From a bacterium (GTDB lineage: Bacteria > Zhuqueibacterota > Zhuqueibacteria > Oceanimicrobiales > Oceanimicrobiaceae): 25,740 nucleotides of DNA. Position 1 is the stretch's first letter, and each line of letters starts with the position of its first letter. The translations under genes and the position numbers were made by a program. This document shows, one piece after another, positions 17,736 to 25,740 of the stretch. The stretch is from positions 1-25,740 of the forward strand of contig JBHHXN010000064.1 of NCBI GenBank assembly GCA_046757025.1. Reading direction: 5' to 3'. The notes below the pieces were generated by a model, which saw nothing but the letters and a program-made list of their open reading frames with translations, was not told the origin of the DNA and did not search any database.

Positions 17736-19715
17736 TTAGAGGTTCAAATTCGCTTTAACCCAGTTTTCCAGGCCTCCCATCTTGATCAATTCCTGCGCGG
17801 CGGTACCTACCGCTGGGAAAGAATATTCTTTTCCCTCAGCCTCCACTGACGCCCTTGCAAAGTCAACCCGAGCGGTGATGCCCGTGCGCACCGTGAGTTG
17901 TTCTGACCCAAATTTCGATTTTAAATCCGCGATCAGCTCAGGCACTTCCAGGGTGAGAAAACCATTGTTTAAAGCATTTCGTTTGTAAGTTTCGCTAAAA
18001 GAGCCGGCGATGACCAGCGCGATGCCGCGATATTTTAGAGCCGTGGCAGCCTGTTCCCGAGAGCTGCCGCTGCCAAAATTGAATCCTCCTGCCAGGATGT
18101 CGCCTTCCTGCACCCGATTTTTAAAATTTTCATCGTAATTTTCCATCACCACCTGCGCTTGTTGTTCCGGTGTGAAATCGTCGATGTAGGTATATTTACC
18201 CGGATAAATGCCGTCGGTATTGAGATTATCCTGGTGACAGAAAAGCAGCGCACCCTGCAGGCTTTCCGGGAAACCAGCGATGATTTTGATGCAGCTGCCC
18301 GCCCTTTGCGGCCGTTCATGGAGGCGAATCTCACCCCAGGGCCGGGTTTGGCTCCAATCCCCTGGATAATCGATAAAGCCTGCCAGAGCAGAAGCCGCTA
18401 CCACCGCTGGTGAGCTCAGGTAGGCTTCTGCGTTGCGGGAGCCCATGCGGCCTTTAAAATTGCGATTGGTGGCGGAAACGCCCACTTCACCGTCTTTTAG
18501 GGTGCCCGTTCCCAGGCCAATGCACGGTCCACATCCCGGCGGCAGCGGTATGGCGCCCGCTTCCACAAGTGCCTGCCAGTCACCGCGCTTTTCGCTATCA
18601 GCCTGTACTTCGCTGGAAGCTGCCGCCACGTAGAGCTCGACGCCTTCGGCGACTCTTTTGCCGCGCATAATGTGAGCCGCGGCAGTGAGATCTTCCACCC
18701 GGCTGTTGACACACGAAACCAAATACGCTTTGTGGATTTGAACCTTGCGCTTGCGGATCTCCGATATCGGAGTCATATCTTTCACGGTGTCCGGACCGGA
18801 AACGTGCGGTTCCACCGTACCCAGATCCATCGTGATTTCTTTGGCATAAAACGCATGGGCATCAGCGTTGAGTGTGGTTAGCTCGTTTTCCAGTTGCGCA
18901 ATGCGCTGCTCATTGACACGTGGATGCTCACCACGGCCATCTGCGTCCGAGGGCACTCCAGCCAGCCCGCGTTTGCGGATGGTTTCGGCCCTTTGGCGCA
19001 GCCAGTTGATGGTGATAGCATCCACTCTGAAAACGCCGGCCAAGGCGCCCCATTCCGTTGTCATGTTGGCGATGGTCAGTCGTTCATCGATAGACAAATT
19101 CTGCACACCGTCCCCGGTAAACTCCACCACGTGATTCAAAACTTCGTCCTGATTGAACAACCCGCACAAAGTGATGATGACGTCTTTGCCCGTTACGCCG
19201 GCTTTCAACTCACTTCTGAGCGTCACTTTTGCCACCGGCGGCACCTGCCACCAGGTGCGTCCGGTGGCCCAGATGGCGGCGGCATCCGTGCGCACGATGG
19301 GCGTACCCAGACAACCGATTCCTCCGTACATGTTGGAATGGCTGTCCGAGGCCACCACCAGGGCGCCGGGCCAGGCATAGCCTTCTTCCACCATCACCTG
19401 ATGACCGATGCCGCGACCAGCAGGATAAAAATCTACGCCCATTTCTGCGGCAAATTGCTCGATGGCGGCATACTTTTGCAGATTCTTTTCGCTGGTATTT
19501 TGAATGTCGTGATCGATAGTGAAAATCGGCTGCCGTGGAAAGGCGACATTCGACGCACCGATGCTGCGAAACTTCGGAATCACCGCGCCGGTGTTGTCAT
19601 GGGTCATGACATGAGCGGGTTTAATGGAGATGTAATCGCCGGCGTGAATTTCAGTACCCGCTTCTACATCGACAGCAAACCGCTGGGCAATTTTTTCAAT
19701 CATGGTTTGCGGCAT
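17736..19715 (-). CDS. lysF: Homoaconitase (single-chain, fused large+small aconitase-family domains; LysF/Lys4-like)
   Basis: MTHDN, IDHDIQN, GRGIGHQ, ASDSHSNMYGG, RTDAAAIWATG.TWW, Fe-S cysteines VSCVNSR and GCGPCIGLG, SATNRNFKGRMG, and swivel domain NLNTDGIYPGKYTY / NFGSGSSREQAA. Confidence 0.85.
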   Translation of the reverse strand: MPQTMIEKIAQRFAVDVEAGTEIHAGDYISIKPAHVMTHDNTGAVIPKFRSIGASNVAFPRQPIFTIDHDIQNTSEKNLQKYAAIEQFAAEMGVDFYPAGRGIGHQVMVEEGYAWPGALVVASDSHSNMYGGIGCLGTPIVRTDAAAIWATGRTWWQVPPVAKVTLRSELKAGVTGKDVIITLCGLFNQDEVLNHVVEFTGDGVQNLSIDERLTIANMTTEWGALAGVFRVDAITINWLRQRAETIRKRGLAGVPSDADGRGEHPRVNEQRIAQLENELTTLNADAHAFYAKEITMDLGTVEPHVSGPDTVKDMTPISEIRKRKVQIHKAYLVSCVNSRVEDLTAAAHIMRGKRVAEGVELYVAAASSEVQADSEKRGDWQALVEAGAIPLPPGCGPCIGLGTGTLKDGEVGVSATNRNFKGRMGSRNAEAYLSSPAVVAASALAGFIDYPGDWSQTRPWGEIRLHERPQRAGSCIKIIAGFPESLQGALLFCHQDNLNTDGIYPGKYTYIDDFTPEQQAQVVMENYDENFKNRVQEGDILAGGFNFGSGSSREQAATALKYRGIALVIAGSFSETYKRNALNNGFLTLEVPELIADLKSKFGSEQLTVRTGITARVDFARASVEAEGKEYSFPAVGTAAQELIKMGGLENWVKANLNL

Positions 19716-19834
19716 GGTCACATCTTCCTATTTTTTAATTTTGTGAAGCGTTAATTTATAGTAACTCGTCACCCAGTTTTGTCATCCAGCCGGACGCTTG
19801 CTTTTCTATAAAATTCATGGCCATTTTTCGTTGA

Positions 19835-21538
19835 CTATAAAAACTGTCTGGCAAAATAACGGGCCGTCAGTTTCTCACCGGTGGCTTTTTCAATCATATC
19901 ATTCCAATAAAATTGCTTGCCCGGCTTAAACACCTCTTCAACGAGATATTCTCCCACCGACTTCTTACCCGCAAAACTTTGTGGCTGCGAGTCGTCAACC
20001 TCCAGCACATGGTTGATGATGTAATAATACAGTTGCGAGGCCAGCAATTCTCCCATCAGATAGTTGTGATAATAAGCCGGATAGAGCGCTACATGGATTT
20101 TGGCTGCCCAGTCCGGCGCATGGCGGTTTGCCGGGCGGGCGACCATCTGATATTTTTCAACCAGCTCCCACCAGAGATGATTCAAATCCTGCTGAGGATT
20201 TTCATACATACTCTTTTCAAAACGATACATCACCTGCGCCCAGCGGCTGAACACCAGTTGCTCGAGCCGCAGCGACTTGAGACTGGCGTCGGCGAGGCTC
20301 TGAATTTCCGATTCCGAGACTCCCAACACATCCCGTAACCAGGCCGGGTTGGAAGCAAAGCGTCCAAACAGCATGGCGATAGCTTCGGTGGTAAACGTGT
20401 GAGCCGGCTCCCGCAGTACCCAGGGTAAGTTGCGATGGTTGAATTTGTCATACACTGCATGCCCGAATTCATGTAGCATGGTGTTCATCCAATTGTAATT
20501 AGGTTTCACGTTGCAAACCACTCGCACGTCCCCCTGTTTGTCGATATCGATGCAGTAAGCATGCTGATATTTGCCCTCTTTTTCGAACAGGTCACTCTTC
20601 GCAATGAGATCATCGATGGGCAAACCGAGACTGGCGTAGTAGGATTTGGTGATTTCCACCACATCTTTATTTTGGAATAATTTATCCAAATCCACCGGAT
20701 AAATCCGCGGCGCTTCCTGGAAAAATCGGTTTTGATAGTGCCAGGGTTTGAGCTGTTCTTTCGGGATTTGGTATCTGGCAGCGAGGTAGTTATCAACATC
20801 CGATTTCACCTCCGCGAAAGAGTCGCGAGTCAAGGTATCTAATTCATTAAAAAGAGATTCTATCTCTTCGGGATCCTGTTCGCTCAAAGAAAGCTGCATG
20901 GTGTGATAATTATCAAATCCCAATTCCTGTGCCGCTTCATTGCGCATTTTCACTAATTTCAACACATCGGCTGCAACCACTTCTCCGATTTTTTTACTCG
21001 CCAGCCAGGCTTTTTTTAATTGTGCTGAATCGGTTGAATTTTTGAGAAGGTCTTCGATTTCGTTGTCGGTCAATTTCTTACCATCGATTTCCGCTCTGAA
21101 GGTGTTGTATTTTTTTTCTAACTCGCTCTGGAAATCGATCATTTGTTTGAGCTTGTCTTCATCGATCTGTTTCGAGAGGTAGGCATTATAAAGCACCTCT
21201 AATTGTCTTTTTAACAAAGGATTGGAAATGGCGTTTGATTGTTTAAGTGTGGATAATTTAACAAAATCTTCTTTCGACGCATAAATTTTACTCAGTTGAA
21301 ATTCCAGATCGGCCGACCTTTTGTAATCCTGTTCAGCGCCGGAAATGGTGGCCTCAAAATAAGCCAGCGCCTGCTCCTTGCTTAAATCGATGACTTTGGC
21401 TTCATACTCACTTAAAAATCGTTCAAAATCCCGGGTCATTTCTGTTTTCTCCTGATTTCCACAATTCGCGAACAATACGGCCATCAACAAAATCATCGTC
21501 GTAAAAATATTCGTAAATGGCGATTTAATGTTTTTCAT
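19835..21538 (-). CDS. Gluzincin metallopeptidase of M2/M3 type, predicted lipoprotein
   Basis: HEFGH zinc motif with downstream TEAIA glutamate; D.A.K.H...YPAYYHNY; signal peptide ending LFAN-C. SD GGAGG. Confidence 0.85.
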   Translation of the reverse strand: MKNIKSPFTNIFTTMILLMAVLFANCGNQEKTEMTRDFERFLSEYEAKVIDLSKEQALAYFEATISGAEQDYKRSADLEFQLSKIYASKEDFVKLSTLKQSNAISNPLLKRQLEVLYNAYLSKQIDEDKLKQMIDFQSELEKKYNTFRAEIDGKKLTDNEIEDLLKNSTDSAQLKKAWLASKKIGEVVAADVLKLVKMRNEAAQELGFDNYHTMQLSLSEQDPEEIESLFNELDTLTRDSFAEVKSDVDNYLAARYQIPKEQLKPWHYQNRFFQEAPRIYPVDLDKLFQNKDVVEITKSYYASLGLPIDDLIAKSDLFEKEGKYQHAYCIDIDKQGDVRVVCNVKPNYNWMNTMLHEFGHAVYDKFNHRNLPWVLREPAHTFTTEAIAMLFGRFASNPAWLRDVLGVSESEIQSLADASLKSLRLEQLVFSRWAQVMYRFEKSMYENPQQDLNHLWWELVEKYQMVARPANRHAPDWAAKIHVALYPAYYHNYLMGELLASQLYYYIINHVLEVDDSQPQSFAGKKSVGEYLVEEVFKPGKQFYWNDMIEKATGEKLTARYFARQFL

Positions 21539-21652
21539 AGGTTCCTCCAGTCATTTAGCGGCTTGCGCATTCAACTTTCTTAAATAAAAAAAAATCTCTT
21601 TAAGTGCAAGAGATTTCTGGACAAATCCAACCCAGCAGCTGGCAGAATGTCT

Positions 21653-21707
21653 GCGCCATCGAGAAATCGATTTTTCGGCTGCACAAAACATCGATTTTAG
21701 ATGGTGT
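21653..21707. other. Long imperfect intergenic hairpin
   Basis: GCGCCATC-GAG-AAATCGAT-TTTT...AAAAC-ATCGATTT-TA-GATGGTGT. Confidence 0.55.
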
Positions 21708-21719
21708 TTGAATCCGTAG

Positions 21720-22391
21720 TCATAATTGCAATTCACAAAACAAACTGGAGTCATCGACTTCGGTCATGTTTGGTTCCATATCCAGGACGGCGGCTAATTG
21801 GGCAAATTGCTCCGGGCGAAAAGTGCTGGCCCGGAAACCGTCCTTACAGACAATGACACCGTCGCCGGTGGCGTCATGGTCGATTTCACCGATGAGACCC
21901 CGTTCGGCCTGGATTTGAAACCACTGCAGACGGTGAGGCCAGAATGCCTCGGCGTAGCTCGAAAACAGCACTGTGCCGCCCGTACAAGTCACGCGTACCG
22001 CCTCACGCAGGAGCTTCAGTGGAGAAACTTTAAAAGCCGAGATGCCGTTCTGGATACAAACTACCGCCTCAAACTGTCCATCTTTAAATCCCGTATCCGC
22101 CGCAGTGGCTTGAATCAGTTTTACATTGGAAGCCGTTCTCAGCATCTGCTTCGCCAGAATCAGGCTGTCAAACGCGGTGTCGATTCCGATTACGAGTTTG
22201 GCTTTTGGGGCCAGGGAAGATAAAACACGTCCATAACCGCAGCCCAGCTCCAGCACCCGGTCGTTTGCTTGCATTTTGTGCAAAACGAAGTTTACTTCAG
22301 CCTCAAGGTAGCGTTTCACTCTGGAGGGGGCGATTTCATAACAGAGCCGCAGTCGCTCGGCGGCTAATTTTCGGGTATAATAATCTTGCAT
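21720..22391 (-). CDS. Class I SAM-dependent methyltransferase
   Basis: VLELGCGYGR motif I, IGID, FEAVVC and LREAVRV...GG. ATG at 22391 preferred because the longer ORF overlaps the upstream gene. Confidence 0.88.
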   Translation of the reverse strand: MQDYYTRKLAAERLRLCYEIAPSRVKRYLEAEVNFVLHKMQANDRVLELGCGYGRVLSSLAPKAKLVIGIDTAFDSLILAKQMLRTASNVKLIQATAADTGFKDGQFEAVVCIQNGISAFKVSPLKLLREAVRVTCTGGTVLFSSYAEAFWPHRLQWFQIQAERGLIGEIDHDATGDGVIVCKDGFRASTFRPEQFAQLAAVLDMEPNMTEVDDSSLFCELQL

Positions 22392-22395
22392 TAAA

Positions 22396-22851
22396 TCAAT
22401 CGACTGATTGATTAACCGTTCGTACAGACACGAGGAGATTGACCGCCGCGACAATTAAAAACGGCGAAGAGTACACACCAGGTAGCAGCCGGCCCAAAAA
22501 AACAGAACCAACCAGGTGACCCAAGCCATTCATGATCATGAAGCCGCTGAAAACAATCGAAAACAATTTCAGCCATTTTACTCCACGAAAAACCAAAGGA
22601 GTCAGGGAAAACAAGAACAAAATCGCACCAGTCAGCCCGGACAGCCAGACATCAAATGTAAAAGTCGGCAGCGGTAAATAAGGTAATTTTTCTTTAAATG
22701 AACGAATCAATGGATTGTAAAAATCTAAAAAATTCGACAGGGCTTCGTCGAGCACGTGTAAAGCCAGCGCTGTGCACAAAGCAAACCATGCCACGCTATG
22801 ACGAAAAGTGTTTTGATCTTTTGGTTTGTGAAAATATCTTTTCAGGGACAC
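22396..22851 (-). CDS. HXXEE-domain membrane protein
   Basis: Four TM segments; LHVLDE, NGLGH and PGVYSS motifs. Confidence 0.7.
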   Translation of the reverse strand: MSLKRYFHKPKDQNTFRHSVAWFALCTALALHVLDEALSNFLDFYNPLIRSFKEKLPYLPLPTFTFDVWLSGLTGAILFLFSLTPLVFRGVKWLKLFSIVFSGFMIMNGLGHLVGSVFLGRLLPGVYSSPFLIVAAVNLLVSVRTVNQSVD

Positions 22852-22914
22852 GCTTTTTTATCTTAAAAAGTGAGTAGCCTCTTTCTCGTCAAAACCTGTC
22901 GCAACAAAAAGACT

Positions 22915-24189
22915 TCACTTGTGCAATTTTAACAGAACTTTCTGACCAAAATCCTGTTCAAATTCATCATTGGTTTGGTAAACAAAACCAAAGGTCGCCT
23001 GCCAGATCGCGGCTTTTTCCATGCAAAGATACATGAATACTTTTCCGTGCCAGGGGCGGAACGCCTGGTACATGGTTTTGAACAACGCAATTTTGATGTC
23101 GTCCGGGTAGGTCAACTTACCGTGCGGGTCCGGCACCATTTCCATCTGCAGAGTTTTGGTGGCGTTGCCCAGCTTTCGAATTTTATTGATAACGGGTTTG
23201 ATCAAAGTGACGGAGCCGAACGAAAGGAACAGCACCTCTTCGGGGAGAAATTCCTGCAGCAGAGTCGTGGCGATTTGGGGGTAAGCTTGCTGCCATCCCT
23301 CGTAATAAACCATCGGATGAAAATGAAAAGCCACTTTGATCCCTTTCTCTCGAACCGAACGAGCTGCCGATATCCGCTCTGACAAATCCGCGGTAAAATG
23401 CTCTTCGTTTTGAATGATCGTAGGGGTGTTTAAAGACCAGCTGCACACCACATTTGAAGGAATGCGATATTGCATAAAATAGTCGATGTTTTTGGACTTG
23501 GTTTTAAATTCCAGTAGAATGTTGGGGTTGTCAGCGGCGAACCGACACAGAGCATCCAGATTGCCGTTGCGGTTGCCCCACGACAGAGAGTCGGATGCCT
23601 GGCCGGTGCCAAAATGATAAAATCGCTGGGGATCAAGTTGAATGGCTTTTAACTTTTTTTCAAAATCCGCATCGAAAACGAACTCATCGCTGTAAAACGT
23701 CTGAATGGTGCAATAGGAACAGCCAAACACACAATTTTCCACCGCATCGATAGTGCGCAAATTACAACAAACCGTGTCTTCGGAAGCCACCGGACACATG
23801 CCGTGAATCTTTTTGTCCATCTGCACAGTGGAGATTTTATATTTATCCCTTTGCTGCGGTTTTGGCAGTCCATTTTGGGGATAGGCTTTGGGTCGATGTT
23901 TCAATTCTCGCACATGGGCTCGCAACGCCTGCAACAGTTGCTTTTTAGCAGCCACGCCATTTGAGCTGAATTGCCTTTCTCGGCTCAGCCACCAGGACGG
24001 CAAACCGCTTTCTCTCCACATGAACAAATCCCGACAAATCTCCACGACCTCTCGAAACTCTTGAAACGTGAATCGGTGAGTAAATGCCAAACGCTTGATA
24101 AACTTCTGCTGGTCTGGATTTAACCGGGCAAACAACTCCTGCTTTTCGAATGATTGAAATTTCAAATCGTAATCAATTTTGGCAGCCAT
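22915..24189 (-). CDS. Spore photoproduct lyase-like radical SAM protein with N-terminal extension
   Basis: NCVFGCSYC, GQASDS, LEFKTKS, WSLN, ERI.AA, FHFHP and YLCME. ATG at 24189 (the ORF-track extension to 24390 overlaps the 75-aa gene). Confidence 0.82.
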   Translation of the reverse strand: MAAKIDYDLKFQSFEKQELFARLNPDQQKFIKRLAFTHRFTFQEFREVVEICRDLFMWRESGLPSWWLSRERQFSSNGVAAKKQLLQALRAHVRELKHRPKAYPQNGLPKPQQRDKYKISTVQMDKKIHGMCPVASEDTVCCNLRTIDAVENCVFGCSYCTIQTFYSDEFVFDADFEKKLKAIQLDPQRFYHFGTGQASDSLSWGNRNGNLDALCRFAADNPNILLEFKTKSKNIDYFMQYRIPSNVVCSWSLNTPTIIQNEEHFTADLSERISAARSVREKGIKVAFHFHPMVYYEGWQQAYPQIATTLLQEFLPEEVLFLSFGSVTLIKPVINKIRKLGNATKTLQMEMVPDPHGKLTYPDDIKIALFKTMYQAFRPWHGKVFMYLCMEKAAIWQATFGFVYQTNDEFEQDFGQKVLLKLHK

Positions 24190-24215
24190 GCAATTCTTTT
24201 TACTTCGAATGTCCT

Positions 24216-24443
24216 CTACAGAGCTTTGAATTCGCCGGTTAGTTGTATTTCTACTGGTATGCCTTCGACGGTTTGCGGAATTTGTGCGCGAATTTGCGGT
24301 TTGTCTTCTTTCACCGAAACGATGATTCCCACGACTTCCCCGGACGTCATGCCGATACCCACCCCCACCACGCCCGGCATAGCCATCCATTTTTGTTCGT
24401 ATTTGCGCTTGACATTTTTTATTTTAATAAACTGCTCAGACAT
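24216..24443 (-). CDS. 75-aa stand-alone homolog of the N-terminal domain of the adjacent protease
   Basis: PGVVGVGIG..IIVSV..IPQTVEGIPVEI..TGEFKAL aligns with protease residues ~5-84. Confidence 0.8.
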   Translation of the reverse strand: MSEQFIKIKNVKRKYEQKWMAMPGVVGVGIGMTSGEVVGIIVSVKEDKPQIRAQIPQTVEGIPVEIQLTGEFKAL

Positions 24444-24461
24444 TTTAGTACTTGAGTTGTA

Positions 24462-24488
24462 AAGTCTTGACGTTTTTTGTCAAGACTT
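24462..24488 (-). promoter_or_regulatory. Perfect 10-bp inverted repeat overlapping a TTGACA -35 box
   Basis: AAGTCTTGAC-N7-GTCAAGACTT. The minus strand reads TTGACA-N16-TACAAC, then ATG 12 nt later. Confidence 0.55.
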
Positions 24489-24489
24489 A

Positions 24490-24640
24490 AAGTCACAAAT
24501 CGCAAAAGCCAAATAACAAATAAAACTCAGTACCCAATTTACGAAATCTCAAACAAAAACAAAGTTTTTAAAGTGGTGTTAAAGCTGTTGATTTGTTCCT
24601 TGTGATTTGAAGTTTGAGATTTATTTGAAATTTAGGATTT
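24490..24640. repeat. Inverted arrays of degenerate 7-mers
   Basis: AAATCGC AAAAGCC AAATAAC AAATAAA ... AAATCTCAAAC on the left and GATTTGT...GTTTGAGATTT ATTTGAA ATTTAGG ATTT on the right. Perfect 11-bp IR at 24544-24554 / 24612-24622. Confidence 0.6.
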
Positions 24641-24725
24641 CCGGCTTAGTTTACTCTATTGCTTATAAGTTTATACATTATTCCTGAAAGTTTGTTCGTG
24701 GATTTAATGCATTTTCACACTCACT

Positions 24726-25727
24726 TCACGGTAAATTTACCTGCAACGCTTGAAACACGTTTTCTATGCGATTGATGATGGTACTGTTGGTGCTGCCGGC
24801 AAACAACAATCCTACCAGTTTATTATCTTCGCTCAGTACGGCCGACCCACTGTCGCCGCCCTGGCTCACGGCGCCGGCCATTAGCTGATCCACAAAGGTC
24901 GCAACCTTGTTCGAACCATAACTGACCCGGGAAGTAACGTCGATCTGTAAAATCGAGCCGGTGGTAAACCCCGTGGTGCGGCCGCTCTTTTTGATGCTCA
25001 TGCCCAGGGTGCCGGTTGCGGTACCACCCAGGGCGCCGATATTCAATATTTCATTTTTAACATCGCTTTCAGAAATGGGTTCCGCTATGGCACAATCTAC
25101 CAGATTGTCTGCGGCGGCGGCACGCATGGGCTGCAAACGAGTTTGGCTTCCCAGCAATTTCGCCAGCCCGTTAAGGATGGCCGCCGTGGCGTTGCCGATG
25201 GAGCAGGGAGTGGACCCCTGATCAAATTCAATGGGGACAAACTCGCTCAGCCGGGCAATCAGATCCTGAGCGCTGCTGCCGCCGTCGGCGGGGCCGGGCT
25301 GCAAAATCGCATCTCCCACTGAAGCGTCGTTGCTGTTGGCCAGCACATGATTGTTGGAAAGGATAAACAGTTTGCCGTTTTTCTTCACCAAAAATCCCAG
25401 GGTGCCGGCGGTGATTTGAAAATGCCCGATGCTCACGCCGCCGGGCGCCGGCCGAAACTTGTCCGTGGGCTGCTGCAGAGCATGAATGATCCCGGTGGGG
25501 TACACATCGGTTGGAATGTTTTGCATTTGTGATGGAATGAGTTCGCGCTGGGATAACGCCTGTTTGGTTTTTTTGGATTCCACCGAGCAAATAATGGACA
25601 GCTCGGTAGTTGGTTTGCCTTCGGTTATTTTGTAACCGATGCCCGTTGCCACAACATTGGGCTTGGAAAACAATTCTCTTTTAATTTCAGGTAAAAGTTT
25701 TCGTGTATCTTCTAAATTTGTAGCCAT
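24726..25727 (-). CDS. Nal1-like trypsin-fold (S1) serine protease, no signal peptide
   Basis: RPAPGGVSIGH..ITAGTLG, catalytic His in SNNHV, Asp in VDCA, KSGRTTG and Ser in GGDSGS. SD GAGGAG. Confidence 0.85.
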   Translation of the reverse strand: MATNLEDTRKLLPEIKRELFSKPNVVATGIGYKITEGKPTTELSIICSVESKKTKQALSQRELIPSQMQNIPTDVYPTGIIHALQQPTDKFRPAPGGVSIGHFQITAGTLGFLVKKNGKLFILSNNHVLANSNDASVGDAILQPGPADGGSSAQDLIARLSEFVPIEFDQGSTPCSIGNATAAILNGLAKLLGSQTRLQPMRAAAADNLVDCAIAEPISESDVKNEILNIGALGGTATGTLGMSIKKSGRTTGFTTGSILQIDVTSRVSYGSNKVATFVDQLMAGAVSQGGDSGSAVLSEDNKLVGLLFAGSTNSTIINRIENVFQALQVNLP

Positions 25728-25740
25728 GAAACTCTCCTCG

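Noticed and set aside
17736..19715. Isopropylmalate isomerase LeuC/LeuD fusion
   Set aside because: The motifs fit the homoaconitase type better and there are no leu genes in the window.
18894..19754. 286-aa + strand ORF and other long antisense ORFs (e.g. 5514-6194, 12288-12908, 14457-14972)
   Set aside because: They are shadows of well-supported genes on the opposite strand and have no motifs.
21551..21754. 67-aa minus-strand ORF
   Set aside because: It overlaps the methyltransferase end and hairpin/promoter DNA, with no SD or homology cue.
24190..24390. Arg/Gly-rich 67-aa N-terminal extension of the radical SAM ORF
   Set aside because: It is an alternative frame of the 75-aa gene; the protein-like sequence starts at ATG 24189.

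Overview
Bacterial chromosomal window of mostly housekeeping and accessory metabolic genes. The + strand (718-17525) carries an Aas-type acyl-ACP/AMP-binding ligase, a Gfo/Idh/MocA oxidoreductase, a PLP aminotransferase, a ROK kinase, DUF2333, TetR plus a 7Fe ferredoxin, an EamA-rnz-HAD operon, and an operon of two Zn-dependent dehydrogenases, YgfZ, a cupin, MEMO/AmrB and ArsR. The - strand (17547-25727) carries a small hypothetical, a single-chain homoaconitase, an M2/M3-like lipoprotein metallopeptidase, a methyltransferase, an HXXEE membrane protein, an SPL-like radical SAM protein and a Nal1-like trypsin protease followed by a stand-alone copy of its own N-terminal domain. Intergenic regions hold several families of miniature inverted-repeat elements and REP-like palindromes. 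I found no rRNA, tRNA, CRISPR array or intact transposase. Best leads: (1) an NADP-type/NAD-type dehydrogenase pair plus a methylsulfurylase-like cupin, which could be an RLP-free MTA/5'-deoxyadenosine-to-DXP shunt; (2) the protease with a free pro-domain partner. All family calls come from motif recognition by eye, not from database searches.
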